Assembly (NCBI GenBank): GCA_039189765.1 | Contig: JBCCYL010000016.1 | Location: forward strand, 32,860 to 96,859 | From: Cyanobacteria bacterium P01_F01_bin.150 | GTDB taxonomy: Bacteria; Cyanobacteriota; Cyanobacteriia; CAKZMO01 | Length of the DNA stretch: 64,000 nucleotides | Direction of reading: 5' to 3' | In this document: positions 1-10,868 of the stretch, in pieces | Position numbering within the stretch: position 1 is the stretch's first letter | Layout of the letters: each line of letters opens with the position of its first letter | The notes under the pieces: model-generated | What the model saw: only the letters and a program-made list of their open reading frames with translations | The model's database searches: none | What the model was told of the DNA's origin: nothing | Position numbers and translations under genes: made by a program

Positions 1-848
1 CCAAACGGACCATCCGGCAACATCTCTCCAGGGGTAATGGTTCCCTCTAAGACAAATTCAGAATCGGCTGGTACTTCTAAATCGACCGTCTTACATTTGG
101 CAAGATTGACCCCAGAACCGCCATACAAGCCAGCAAAAAGCCACTCGGATAAATCTACGGGAATGGGAGTCGCGGCAGCCATGATAATTAAAGGGTCAAC
201 GCCAAGGGCGATCGCCACCTCTAGTTTCTTACCCTTTTCCGCAGCCTTACGAAGATGACGAGCACCCCCTCTCACCGACAACCAATGCACCGTCATTGTA
301 GTCTTGGACTGGAGTTGGAGCCGATAGACACCCACATTGGGAATTCCCGTCTCACAGTCTTTGGTAATCACTAAACCTAAGGTGATGATCTTACCGGCGT
401 CTCCAGGATAGGGCCGAATCATTGGAATAGTGCTTAAATCTAGCTCCGGTTCTTTTACCACCACTCGATGGCACGGAGGCAATAAATCCCTGGCAGGCTT
501 CGCCTTAACCACATCAAACAGAACCTTACCAAAGTCAATGGCCTGGGAAATCTTTTTTGGGGGTTTGGGCTGTTGCAACATGCCTAGCTTTTTACCCAAC
601 AACTCCAACTCTTCAGGTCGCTCCATATTCATGGACCAGCATACCCGCTCCACCGTTCCCATCACATTTACCGCCACTGGGAAGGGAGAACCTTTAACAT
701 TCTCAAACAGAAGTGCCGGTCCCCCTGCCTGCAGCATGCGATTACTAATTTCAGCGATTTCTAGCTCTGGATCAACCAAAGCACTAATCCGACGCAGTTG
801 TCCTCGCTGCTCAATCTGTTTTAGGAATCCCCGTAAGTCTCTTGCCAT
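1..848 (-). CDS. ubiD: UbiD family decarboxylase (5' part; runs off window start)
   Basis: Not in ORF track; manual translation from ATG at 848 gives MARDLRGFLKQIEQRGQLRRISALVDPELEIAEI...PNVGVYRLQ...EGTITPGEMLPDGPFG, typical of cyanobacterial UbiD. Confidence 0.92.
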   Translation of the reverse strand, partial: MARDLRGFLKQIEQRGQLRRISALVDPELEIAEISNRMLQAGGPALLFENVKGSPFPVAVNVMGTVERVCWSMNMERPEELELLGKKLGMLQQPKPPKKISQAIDFGKVLFDVVKAKPARDLLPPCHRVVVKEPELDLSTIPMIRPYPGDAGKIITLGLVITKDCETGIPNVGVYRLQLQSKTTMTVHWLSVRGGARHLRKAAEKGKKLEVAIALGVDPLIIMAAATPIPVDLSEWLFAGLYGGSGVNLAKCKTVDLEVPADSEFVLEGTITPGEMLPDGPF

Positions 849-1050
849 TGATTAATTGACTGAAGGCGATTACTCGCCGCCCCATTAACTACGCTTAAAT
901 TAACTCAGGTCCGTAACGTGTTATTGAGGGAGCAAAGCGTCTCGCAACACAGCCTCGAAAGACAGACCTTTTAATCATTATTAAGGATTAAGGGGCAGGT
1001 TGCAGCAAGCTTGTATTGGTTTTTGGGGAGAAGCATAAATCCGAAGTGCG

Positions 1051-2403
1051 TTAAAAACGCTTCTGGGGACGGTTTCGACCCATAAAAAATCGACCCAGGG
1101 CGATCGCCACCAGAATAGCTGCTCCCAATCCATGTCCTGCTTCTGGCACGGCTGTGGAGTTTGGTGGTCGAGTCGGTGGCTTGGGAGATGGCGGATTTGG
1201 GCGAGATGGTGGATTGGGCGGCTGGGCATTATCTGGCTCACGTGGCCAAAAGGCTGGATTCAGATCCCAACCCGTTACATCCATAAGCCGTCGATCGTTT
1301 TCAGTTAAAAATAGCCGTTGCCCCACATCTGGAGTGGGTTCAAAAATTCCCAAGTAGGTTCCAGTAAACTCATCTGCTTTCCAACTGCTGGCCCGATTGC
1401 CATCTCCGAATATTTGCCCTGTGGAAAAGCTCGCAATTTTGGTTTGACCACCGTCAATGGAAAAATACTTATCAATTTCTTGTCCCTGCTCATCAGCACG
1501 GCCTGTTGTCCAATCAATTAAACTGGTTGAACTATTCAAAGGTGCTAACTCTAAACTATCCGCTGAGAACCGAAACAGATCACTAGGACTAACAAAAGAC
1601 AACACATCATCGTTAAAGGCGACCGGAGGCATTGTGGTTATGTCAGTGTTGAGTTCTATGACATCTACTCCACTCACCATGCCAAGAGTAACTCCAAGCC
1701 CTTGAGTCGCTAGGCCCACAAAATCAAAACTATCCGGATCTATGCCATCCGTCGGGTCAAAATCCCAGGGTGTTGTGGTGTTAAACACCAACATGCCATC
1801 ACTGAGAGTACTCGGAGCACTGCCACAATTAGAGGTGCCACTCCGAGGTAAGCCAAGAGCTTTTGCATTGGCCGTTGTCAGACGCACTGAAGTATTGTTG
1901 CAGTCTCCATCCATATCGACATAAGGTGTTAGATCTCCTGCTTGACCGGATGGATGATTGCGAGTGCCATTGATCAATAGATCAAACTCGGGGTTTAGTA
2001 AGATGTCGAAATCATTGCTTTTGGGCAAAGATGAAATCGCTGTTACGTCATCGGGTGAGAGACCCGTATCATTACTGAGAGCGCTTACAAAATCTTGATA
2101 ACTAACACTAGTACGGTTGGGATTGAATGAACCGAGGGAGTCTGATTGTAGATCTTGAGCAAAAACGCTGATGTCGATCGTAATATCGTCTGTAAAAACG
2201 GACTGCCATGCTTCTCCTGCTCGATTGAGGCCACTGACCATCTCTGGAGACAAAGTAGATACGGCTCCAAAGTTAAATTCCAGAGCCTGAACTGACTGCG
2301 GGCAAAGAGATATTGTAGTGAGTCCAATAGCTAGAATCCCCAGCCGAGATGCCACCAACGAATGCCTAGTGGTGTTGATAATGGAGAGAGGGGAATACCT
2401 CAT
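1051..2403 (-). CDS. PEP-CTERM-anchored NF038122-type metalloprotease homolog, zinc motif degenerate
   Basis: Signal peptide; LTTANAKALGL, WDFDPTDGI, DLFRFS, YFSIDGG motifs; Pro-rich linker, VPE + TM + basic tail; expected HExxH reads QGLGV. Confidence 0.8.
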   Translation of the reverse strand: MRYSPLSIINTTRHSLVASRLGILAIGLTTISLCPQSVQALEFNFGAVSTLSPEMVSGLNRAGEAWQSVFTDDITIDISVFAQDLQSDSLGSFNPNRTSVSYQDFVSALSNDTGLSPDDVTAISSLPKSNDFDILLNPEFDLLINGTRNHPSGQAGDLTPYVDMDGDCNNTSVRLTTANAKALGLPRSGTSNCGSAPSTLSDGMLVFNTTTPWDFDPTDGIDPDSFDFVGLATQGLGVTLGMVSGVDVIELNTDITTMPPVAFNDDVLSFVSPSDLFRFSADSLELAPLNSSTSLIDWTTGRADEQGQEIDKYFSIDGGQTKIASFSTGQIFGDGNRASSWKADEFTGTYLGIFEPTPDVGQRLFLTENDRRLMDVTGWDLNPAFWPREPDNAQPPNPPSRPNPPSPKPPTRPPNSTAVPEAGHGLGAAILVAIALGRFFMGRNRPQKRF

Positions 2404-2711
2404 GCCTATCTGACCTTTTAATGATGAATGCGTTACATCGCGTCGTTATTTTTGACGGCCATCTATGAACAATTGCAAATGAAACCTGTAAGTTTCAGCA
2501 CATACACCCGCTATTCGTTTTCCATACTACTGAGCTGATAATCAGGATGTCTGTTGAATTACAGAAGTTTTATCTTAAGTTCACAGACAAAACCGTTGGT
2601 GTAAGGGATTTCCTCATAGGACGATTTATCGTCTAGTACCGCGTCATCTTTATTTTGAGGGGAAAATCCTGAAGGAATTTTCCCCTCATGTATTTCCTGA
2701 CAGAGTACTAG

Positions 2712-4127
2712 TCAGAATAAGGCAAAATTCATCACCAGACTAATACCTAGTAAGGTTGAATCAAAATCAATTAGGGAGTTGGTTGAATCTCCTAGACGCC
2801 CCCCGCCAAAAACTGTAAGAGTAGTTTCTTCAGAAAGATTAAATTGAAGCTGAGCTAGAAACTGGTGATACGAGTCGTATCGATCTTGTTGGGTAAAGTC
2901 AGTGAGAGCAAGTTGATAGAATAAACTGGCATCCACATCGGTTGTGATCGGATGGGATAACCCCAGGTTAAAACGATTGATGAGTCGGCTTCGTTCATTT
3001 GGATCGGACCAACTGGCTTGCAAATAATAGCTTGAACTAAGTTTAAGGTCAGATGTGAGCTGGTCGGTTCTGCCAACTGAAAGCCTGAGTTGATGGTCAT
3101 TGAGGAAGCGATCGCCTCCATCTTCTGCGAAAAACTGTTGATTGCGCCAACCCACATCCACATAAGTACGGCGATTGAGCCAATGGTATAGCCCTAAACT
3201 TAAATCGAGTTCCCGGTAGTCGAATTCACCATTATTCGCGTATCTTAGTATGCTGCCTTCCACTGCCCCCAATAAAAACGTACGAGATCCAAGGCGAGGA
3301 ACAGCCCTAAGAGTCAGGCCAGACTGTAGGGTTGTATCGGACAATGGCTCCGTTCTAGCTAGTAAATTATCGCCACTGAAAAAGCTTAAATTACCCTGGG
3401 CAAAGACTATTTTTTCTCTTTTTTCAACCGTTGGCTCAGAGGTTTGAGGCATATATCTTAAGCGCAGAATACCCAACTCAGGATCAATTGCAGCTGCACT
3501 GGATGGGGTCCCTGATAAGTCACTAGATAATGGCCGTAACCTTAAAACGCCCAGCTCCGGGTCAATATTATCTATCGTCGAAACAGGATAGTTAAAACCC
3601 GATTGTTCTTCTATCCCAGCATCTACTCCACTCAAGGGCAATTCATGCTCAATATCTGCATTGTCCTTTTCTACCCCCTGGGTATTATCAACTTGAGCTA
3701 AGTTAATCACCGCAGTGTCCACCACAAGCTGCTTATCATCAAGCCCGCCGTGCTCTAACGTCGTCTGCAAATCTGAATAGTAAGTAAATCTGTAGTTGTC
3801 TTCATTTCCATAATGCGAATCTATGCCGACTCTCTGTTCGCCTGAGGGAGGCCGCTCTAAATCGGAATGATTAAACGGTGGAGTGGATGCGAAGCGCCCA
3901 CTCCACCCACTTAAAGCTGGTATCCCGTCTGAGGATAGATAAACATCTCTTCCAGCGTCATCATTTGCTGCTGTGCGTTGATCCTCAATTTGCTGCGTGT
4001 AGGGCAAAGACTGGACAGAAGATTCCTGGGCAACTGCTTGCGATGAGAATGGTAGTAACAATCCAGCACCCATAAAGGACCCTAACAAAGCACGAAGTGG
4101 CAGCGGGGGAAACCAAAGACGATTCAT
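2712..4127 (-). CDS. Secreted protein with probable C-terminal outer-membrane beta-barrel
   Basis: Signal peptide (AVA-Q); duplicated IDPELGxLRLR motif; amphipathic beta-strand C-terminal half ending in Phe. Confidence 0.6.
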   Translation of the reverse strand: MNRLWFPPLPLRALLGSFMGAGLLLPFSSQAVAQESSVQSLPYTQQIEDQRTAANDDAGRDVYLSSDGIPALSGWSGRFASTPPFNHSDLERPPSGEQRVGIDSHYGNEDNYRFTYYSDLQTTLEHGGLDDKQLVVDTAVINLAQVDNTQGVEKDNADIEHELPLSGVDAGIEEQSGFNYPVSTIDNIDPELGVLRLRPLSSDLSGTPSSAAAIDPELGILRLRYMPQTSEPTVEKREKIVFAQGNLSFFSGDNLLARTEPLSDTTLQSGLTLRAVPRLGSRTFLLGAVEGSILRYANNGEFDYRELDLSLGLYHWLNRRTYVDVGWRNQQFFAEDGGDRFLNDHQLRLSVGRTDQLTSDLKLSSSYYLQASWSDPNERSRLINRFNLGLSHPITTDVDASLFYQLALTDFTQQDRYDSYHQFLAQLQFNLSEETTLTVFGGGRLGDSTNSLIDFDSTLLGISLVMNFALF

Positions 4128-4570
4128 ATAACAGCAGTGAATCAGTATTTTTTCAAAATAACGATAAACATTAAGTCAGAACAGGTGATGCTAAAAATCA
4201 TAGTACAAATAACTATCTTTGATGTTCATGTTTCTAATAATATCCATAGGCAATTGTACTGGAAAATACTGTTTTCATTTGATCTCTTTCGATTGTTAAA
4301 CACTCTTGAGCGTTGTTCCTAACAGCTCTAAAGGAGAACGCCCGTATGAACAACCATAATTCCTGTTGGGCTGTAATTACATCTATTTCATATGTTTTGT
4401 CTAAAATTCTCTCTGGGCGGGTTTAGGTTTAAGGCAAAACAGAATTAACGGTGGTGTACCACCCACCTAAAGTTGATACCCATCTGGGCAAAGGTTTTGA
4501 AATACTGTTCAGGCCGCTTTTAAGTCTAATATTGTCAGTAGAATATATGAGATGCCATTGAATTCTTCTA

Positions 4571-5308
4571 ATGGCTAATGAGGAGAAGGGAGATATGACA
4601 GAGGCAGCATCCGATAAAATGGCAGGCCAATTGCTATTGGTCGATGACGAACCGGGTCTAAGGGAAGCCGTACAAGCATATTTAGAAGACAGTGGCTTTT
4701 CTGTTCGCGTTGCTAGCAATGCTACAGAGGGATGGGAAATGCTACAGCAGATGACCCCTGATCTTGTCATCTCCGATATTATGATGCCTCAGGTCGATGG
4801 TTATGAATTTCTGGCTCAAATGAGAGGTGATCAGCGATTTAAGACTTTACCAGTCATCTTCTTGACGGCAAGGGGAATGACTAGCGATCGCATCCAAGGC
4901 TACGATGCAGGCTGTGATGCTTACTTACCAAAGCCATTCGATCCTGATGAACTTGTCTCTATTGTCACAGGAATCATCAAACGACGCTCTGCTCAAGCAG
5001 ACGCTACAGGAGAAGGAACACCTGACATTGCTAAGATGGCGCGTGAGATTGCTGAAATTAAGGCAATGTTGTCCCAAAATGGTGGCTTCTTACAGGCTAA
5101 ACCCACCATGAATATTGACTTTACGCCTCGAGAGAAAAGCGTTTTAGAATTAGTTGTTCAGGGCCTAATGAACAAGGAAATTGCTCGCCAGTTGGATACC
5201 AGCGTGCGTAACGTTGAAAAGTATGTCAGCCGTCTATTTAGCAAAACGGACACTAATAGCCGTACTGAGCTTGTACGCTATGCTCTGGAAAATGGTTTGA
5301 CAAAATAA
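4571..5308 (+). CDS. ycf29: NarL/LuxR family response regulator (Ycf29/Rre1)
   Basis: Receiver (LLVDD, DIMMP, KPF) plus LuxR HTH (FTPREKSVL...GLMNKEIA...SVRNVEKYVSRLF); true start may be 4596 or 4619. Confidence 0.88.
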   Translation: MANEEKGDMTEAASDKMAGQLLLVDDEPGLREAVQAYLEDSGFSVRVASNATEGWEMLQQMTPDLVISDIMMPQVDGYEFLAQMRGDQRFKTLPVIFLTARGMTSDRIQGYDAGCDAYLPKPFDPDELVSIVTGIIKRRSAQADATGEGTPDIAKMAREIAEIKAMLSQNGGFLQAKPTMNIDFTPREKSVLELVVQGLMNKEIARQLDTSVRNVEKYVSRLFSKTDTNSRTELVRYALENGLTK

Positions 5309-5312
5309 TAGA

Positions 5313-5404
5313 TTATACTCTGCACGGCTGAGTGCTGGACCTTTTATAAGGTGTGTCCCCCACGTAGCGGGAGACACATCTCCAAATCTTAGCCGCTAGT
5401 AGTG
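5313..5404. repeat. Short dispersed palindromic element, family A (copy 1)
   Basis: TATACTCTGCACGGCT..GTGCTGGAC..GGTGTGTCC-loop-GACACA..TCCAAATCT.AGCC; near-identical to 55125-55217. Confidence 0.75.
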
Positions 5405-5973
5405 CACATTTTCCTGGAATATAAAGCCGTGCTTTTACCTAATAATCTTCCAAAATATCGGGAATTTGAATCAATGCAAGTGTAGATTAATTTGACTCTC
5501 ATTGCAGTTATTTCTTTATTCCTATGTTTTCCAAAGCAATAGTGCGTGCTTGAGCCGGAACGTGGGGGGGAACTCTGGAACTCTAAGTGCTAGTGTTGCC
5601 AGTAAGTTAGATAGCTGCATGGTTTGTCTCTCTGGAAAGTAAGGTAAGCGTTGCATGATGCTATGCAATAGACATACCTATCTATCTGGATGATGCACTG
5701 TTCTATGAATTGTAGACGAAGCTCGGAAGTAATAGTTTAAGGCTTCATATAGTCATTCCAATCTTTGAGTCTTCTTGATAAATAAGTTCTTGGAATCGCT
5801 CTACACTTCAGTGAAATCAATCAGGGGAAGTTTGCATCTGAGTTGTTTTTCTTCCGTGAAGATGCCGTTAAGTGTTAGCTGGAAGAAAATCACGGGAATA
5901 CTAGCTTTAAGACAATGCATAACAATAGCAAAACTGCCCTTTTGTGTTATCTGGAGCAACTGAGACGATCACT

Positions 5974-7275
5974 ATGTCAGTAGGACCTATGCCAATGCCA
6001 TCACCTCTAGTTGAAACCGAAAATCTTGAAACGTCCCAGGTGTCGATTGCTCAGCCAAATGACGCAACATTTTCTGACAGCCAGATAGATGAACCTTCAT
6101 TTGACGCGAGTTCTGTTAGTGATGGCCCATCTGAGTCTGAACTAGTCAATCTTGATATGGACGTGTCTGAGACAGGCGGAGCCGCAAAGGGACGGCGTAC
6201 AACTGACTTGGTTCGCATGTATCTTCAAGAAATTGGTCGCGTTCGTCTTTTAGGGCGTGATGAAGAAGTCTCTGAAGCGCAAAAGGTACAAAAATATGTG
6301 GCCTTGCTCGATTTGCGTGAGCAAAAGGCAGAGGAAGATGATGATTTAAAGTGCTACAACCACCTGATTGAGACCCATGATCGTCTCCAATGCAATCTGG
6401 GTCATCGGCCATCATGGGGGCGTTGGGCCTCTGTAGTAAGTATGTCTGTCGCCGAACTGAAAGAGTCCTTGGTTATTGGGAAGGCGCGTTGGGCAGAAGT
6501 CTCTGATCTTCCCGTTGCTGAGCTGGAGCAAATTCAGGCAGAGGGGGTCGCAGCTAAAGATCACATGATTAAGGCTAATCTACGCTTGGTAGTTTCAGTT
6601 GCTAAAAAATATCAGAACCGCGGCTTAGAACTTCTTGATTTAATTCAGGAAGGGACTCTGGGTTTGGAACGGGCGGTAGATAAGTTCGACCCTACTAAAG
6701 GCTATCGTTTTAGCACCTACGCCTATTGGTGGATTCGTCAGGGCATTACCCGAGCGATCGCGACCCAAAGTCGCACGATTCGCCTTCCCGTCCATATCAC
6801 TGAAAAGCTCAATAAAATCAAAAAAGCCCAACGTAAAATTTCTCAGCAAAAAGGGCGTACTCCCACCATTGAGGACATTGCCTCAGAATTAAAGATGACG
6901 GCACCCCAAGTGCGTGAGGTGCTGTTGCGGGTTCCTCGTTCCGTATCTTTAGAAACCAAAGTCGGTAAGGAGCGCGACACGGAACTAGGGGATTTACTTG
7001 AAACAGATGGCATGTCTCCTGAGGAGATGTTAATGCGTGAATCCTTGCACCGTGATCTGCAGCAACTATTGACAGACCTTACTACTCGTGAGCGTGATGT
7101 GATTCAGATGCGCTTTGGCTTGAATGATGGTACTCCCTATTCTCTGGCTGAAATTGGTCGTGCCTTGGACCTTTCTCGTGAACGGGTTCGCCAAATTGAG
7201 GCAAAGGCACTTCAGAAGCTGCGTCAACCAAAGCGTCGCAATCGCATTCGCGATTATCTAGAGGCGCTGGCCTAG
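5974..7275 (+). CDS. sigC: Group 2 RNA polymerase sigma factor SigC
   Basis: DLVRMYLQEIGRV, ANLRLVVSVAKKYQNRGL, KFDPTKGYRFSTYAYWWIRQ, region 4; long acidic N-terminus typical of SigC; ATG at 5974 preferred over GTG at 5944. Confidence 0.88.
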   Translation: MSVGPMPMPSPLVETENLETSQVSIAQPNDATFSDSQIDEPSFDASSVSDGPSESELVNLDMDVSETGGAAKGRRTTDLVRMYLQEIGRVRLLGRDEEVSEAQKVQKYVALLDLREQKAEEDDDLKCYNHLIETHDRLQCNLGHRPSWGRWASVVSMSVAELKESLVIGKARWAEVSDLPVAELEQIQAEGVAAKDHMIKANLRLVVSVAKKYQNRGLELLDLIQEGTLGLERAVDKFDPTKGYRFSTYAYWWIRQGITRAIATQSRTIRLPVHITEKLNKIKKAQRKISQQKGRTPTIEDIASELKMTAPQVREVLLRVPRSVSLETKVGKERDTELGDLLETDGMSPEEMLMRESLHRDLQQLLTDLTTRERDVIQMRFGLNDGTPYSLAEIGRALDLSRERVRQIEAKALQKLRQPKRRNRIRDYLEALA

Positions 7276-7710
7276 GCCTTCTGGGGCGTTTGGCATGTTT
7301 CCTCAGGCTTGTTTGGGGTCGAGGTGTCTAACGCTTCAACATAAGAATTGAATTTTCAAACAGCTCAACTCTCTCATGTATCTAAATGGTTGCCAAAATT
7401 TAGTTTGGTAACCATTTTTCGCTATTTAAGTAGAGCAAGGCTTACGCTTAAAGGCTACTGCTTCGGTTTTACCCCAAAATATCCTTATCTTAAGCAACGT
7501 TGGGACATAGAAGGGATCGTGATAGAGTACAAGACCGAACGTATGCCTGAATGTATTATTGGTCAAGGAGGGATAGCATGGCATGAATAATATAGGACTG
7601 ATAGTTTCAGGGACATGGGCTGAATGGATGACGGTGTCAGCATATATTAGCTTTGCTATTTTTATTACCTGGTGTGTTTTAACCCGAAGTTCATAGTCTC
7701 TAATTCCAGA

Positions 7711-7762
7711 CTCTTCAACCCCTAACCTCTTTAACCCCTAACCTCTTCAATTCTTTAACCCA
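7711..7762. repeat. Short tandem repeats (about 8/16-nt period, STRR-like)
   Basis: ctcttcaacccctaac ctctttaacccctaac ctcttcaattctttaac. Confidence 0.6.
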
Positions 7763-7773
7763 CACCTTAACTA

Positions 7774-8187
7774 ATGAATTCTACCCAACCGTATTCCCCC
7801 TTGAACTCCGCGACAATTGAAAACATCACGGCATTAGACAATAAACTATCAAATCGCTTTATTGAACTCGATCCAGAAGGCTACTTTTTAATTTACTTAG
7901 AAAGAGAAGAAGGCTTTATTTGTGCTGCTCACTACCGTAACAGTATCAATACTCAAGGGATTGCCGTTGATCCTGAGACCGGCAAACCTATTCCTTGTAA
8001 GGGGCCAGTTAAGCGAACTCCCTCTAAAATTTACAAAGGCCGAACTGCTAAGGAACTCGGAATAAAACTAACGGAAGAAGCTGACCCTTGTCAAATTGGG
8101 CGCTTGGATCATGCTTTATATTTGGGACGTGAATTCGTTCGTGCTGAAATAGCTCTTATTTCGGGTCAAGAGTATATTCAGGATTAG
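7774..8187 (+). CDS. DUF4346 domain protein
   Basis: RFIELDPEGYFLI...GRTAKEL...DHALYLGREFVRAE...EYIQD. Confidence 0.85.
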   Translation: MNSTQPYSPLNSATIENITALDNKLSNRFIELDPEGYFLIYLEREEGFICAAHYRNSINTQGIAVDPETGKPIPCKGPVKRTPSKIYKGRTAKELGIKLTEEADPCQIGRLDHALYLGREFVRAEIALISGQEYIQD

Positions 8188-8312
8188 CAACTGTCACGTT
8201 TGCTTGAAGCTCTAACACGATACTGGCTCACTTTGCACTCCAGTATCGCGTATGGCAATAGAAGACGTCATGCTTTGTGGATATTCATGGCTGCAAAGCA
8301 TAACTTGTTTTG

Positions 8313-8636
8313 CTACAGCTTGACGGCTGTACCAGTTGCGGTGATCAATAACAAAACACCAGATTCATCTAAATTGATGGTTCCGGTATCAATTTCAATG
8401 CCGATGACCGCATCTGCACCCAGTCGTTGGGCACGTTTAGACAATTCATCCATCGCATCTTTCTGGCCTTTTTCAAAAACCCTTTCATAGGCTCCTGTAC
8501 GGCCCCCAATAATGTCACGAATGCCTGCGAAAAAGTCTCTAAGAGCATTACTGCCGTAAACAACTTCAGCAGTAACAACACCTACGTATTCTTTGACTGT
8601 AATACCTTGCAAGGTATCTGTTGTAGATAAGATCAT
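8313..8636 (-). CDS. YbjQ/UPF0145 family protein
   Basis: MILSTTDTLQG...GIRDIIGGRTGAYE...ATGTAVKL; start reassigned to ATG at 8636. Confidence 0.9.
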   Translation of the reverse strand: MILSTTDTLQGITVKEYVGVVTAEVVYGSNALRDFFAGIRDIIGGRTGAYERVFEKGQKDAMDELSKRAQRLGADAVIGIEIDTGTINLDESGVLLLITATGTAVKL

Positions 8637-9091
8637 TGAACTAACGTGTAAAAAATCGATGGGGTCGTGAAGGAAGGAACGTTCCCCAATTTCTGGTTCA
8701 CCTGAGTTCCTTTGGGATTTACTAGAAAATAAAACCAATTGAGGATGGGTGGGCTGCGCTCGGCCCACCTTTAACTCCGCTATCTTTTTATTAGTAGATC
8801 CCTTAGTAATCTATCTTATTTGCCTGAGCGGTCCACAATTGAAAGACTTTTTGCGCATCTTCTTGCAAAAGCTGAATCATTGGAATTTTACGTTGACTCA
8901 TGGGGTGTTTTAGCTCGTCGTCAATAAAGCCGTGCTTATTGTTAATTGTTCGTTGTCGATCTGTTATTAGGCGGAGCCCTCATATGCAGATTATGAATGT
9001 GCCATACAAAAATAATAGGTGACGCGGGCCATCATTCTTGCGTAATATGGTTTTGCCTGAAATTTTTACAGAGAGACAACGAACCCAACCG

Positions 9092-9424
9092 ATGGCAATT
9101 CCCCTAGAGTCTAAAGATAAGCAATTTGCGGTGATTGAGGCCAATGCTGAACGCATTGGTGCGATCGCTCGTAGCGGCTACGATACAAACAACGAAAAAG
9201 GTACTGTCGTTATTTTTCGGCAGCAAGAAAACAATACGAACGAGTTAGAAGATTGGCAAATTAAATATCGACCTATTAGTCAAATCGAAGCGTTAATTAG
9301 TGACTGGAGAAACGTTGGGCTTCAAGATATGCTTATTCGCTACAACCCAGAGGTGTCAGTCGTTTGTACTTTCTTGTATCCGAATGGGGCCCACACTAGC
9401 TATCATTTTGCTATTGATGGCTAG
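9092..9424 (+). CDS. Hypothetical protein
   Basis: 110-aa ORF from ATG 9092 with globular composition; overlaps the convergent M16 peptidase end. Confidence 0.65.
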   Translation: MAIPLESKDKQFAVIEANAERIGAIARSGYDTNNEKGTVVIFRQQENNTNELEDWQIKYRPISQIEALISDWRNVGLQDMLIRYNPEVSVVCTFLYPNGAHTSYHFAIDG

Positions 9425-10751
9425 TATTTAATGTCTCTTCTGGTTTATCGTAGGGATGAATTACCATAGATCTGTATGCCCCTGTATCTAAATACGTTTG
9501 GGCTGCAGCTCTCAAATCATGGGGAGTCAACTTACGAATGTGATTAGGATAATTGATTGCTGGCCCTAAATGACCCACCAGCGTTTGATAGTAGCCGTAT
9601 AATCCTGCCCGATTATCTGGTGTTTCATTGCCAAAGACATAACGATTAGCTACCTGGGTTTTAATCCTCTGTAGCTCAGCATCCGTCACCATATGTTCCT
9701 GCAAATCAATGAGATGTTGAAGGATAATTCTTTCTACAACCGCTACGTTTTCATCCGGCAAGTGCACTGAGATATAAAATATTCCTTGGTGAACATAGGT
9801 CATATTGCTAACCGACGCCCCTGAAATTAGACCTTTTTCTTCCCTCAGCTCTTTAATGAGCCGTGCTGTACGACCACCGCTTAGTACTGACGCAAGGACA
9901 TCTAGAGGGTAGGTTTGGCTTAATTGCTCCATGCCAGGCACTCGCCACATCATCATTAGCCGAGCCTGAGATAAAGAGGCGTCGTAGTACTCATGCCGCG
10001 CTACCGTCTGAAAAGATGGCTCTGGGATATGTTGGATAGACGGATATGGAGCATCAAGAAACTTTGTCCTAGCGCTGAATACATCGGCGCGATCGCACCC
10101 ATCAATTACAATATTGATCAAATCATCAACGGGCAAATTACCGACTGCGACCACCGTCATGGCTGATGGACGATACCAGTTCGCATGAAAGTCGCGCATC
10201 TGCTGAGGTGTTAAAGATTCAATTACATCTGTGGTCCCTAAAACAGGACGTCTATAAGGAAGCTGATTGAAGGCGACCTGCATTGAACGTAAAAATGCTC
10301 TCCGACTGGGACTATCATTGGAGCGGCGGATTTCTTCAAGAATGATTGGCCGCTCTCGCTCAAAAGCCTCGTCAGGAATTGCCGGATTGAAAACAATGTC
10401 CAATTGCAAGGGCGCAAGGTCGGCAAAATCCCGTGGTGCAGCAGTAATGTAGTAATGCGTGTACTCTTGACTGGTTGCAGCGTTTGTAATGGCTCCCCGC
10501 TGTTCTACTAACTGTTCAAATTCTCCATTTTTTAATCGCTTAGTTCCTTTGAACATCATATGTTCAAGAAAATGTGCCATTCCATTAAACGGCTCTGATT
10601 CTACGGCTGATCCAACATTTAGCCAGACACTCAGATTCACTGCCTCTACAGGAACCTGTTCTGCAATTATGGTTAAACCATTGGGAAGATGGCGAACGGT
10701 GGGAACATTGATTTGAGGCAAGGAAGCAGATTCAACTACACTAAGTGCCAT
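9411..10751 (-). CDS. M16 (pitrilysin) family zinc peptidase
   Basis: Inverted zincin motif GMAHFLEHMMFKGT, NAATS, RLIKELREEKGL. Confidence 0.92.
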   Translation of the reverse strand: MALSVVESASLPQINVPTVRHLPNGLTIIAEQVPVEAVNLSVWLNVGSAVESEPFNGMAHFLEHMMFKGTKRLKNGEFEQLVEQRGAITNAATSQEYTHYYITAAPRDFADLAPLQLDIVFNPAIPDEAFERERPIILEEIRRSNDSPSRRAFLRSMQVAFNQLPYRRPVLGTTDVIESLTPQQMRDFHANWYRPSAMTVVAVGNLPVDDLINIVIDGCDRADVFSARTKFLDAPYPSIQHIPEPSFQTVARHEYYDASLSQARLMMMWRVPGMEQLSQTYPLDVLASVLSGGRTARLIKELREEKGLISGASVSNMTYVHQGIFYISVHLPDENVAVVERIILQHLIDLQEHMVTDAELQRIKTQVANRYVFGNETPDNRAGLYGYYQTLVGHLGPAINYPNHIRKLTPHDLRAAAQTYLDTGAYRSMVIHPYDKPEETLNTSHQ

Positions 10752-10868
10752 AAACTTTACTAAATATTTGGCTACGCTTATTTACCTATCTTAATGTTTT
10801 TAGGTGCGGAATCGTCCGAATTTTTGGGGAAATTCAACTTTCCTGATCTTTTACCAGGTTAAGTGCAT

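Noticed and set aside
37..855. Plus-strand ORFs 37..258 and 430..855
   Set aside because: Antisense shadows of ubiD
5400..5970. Riboswitch or ncRNA upstream of sigC
   Set aside because: Only short palindromes (for example TTGCAT-N6-ATGCAA); no recognisable RNA family motif
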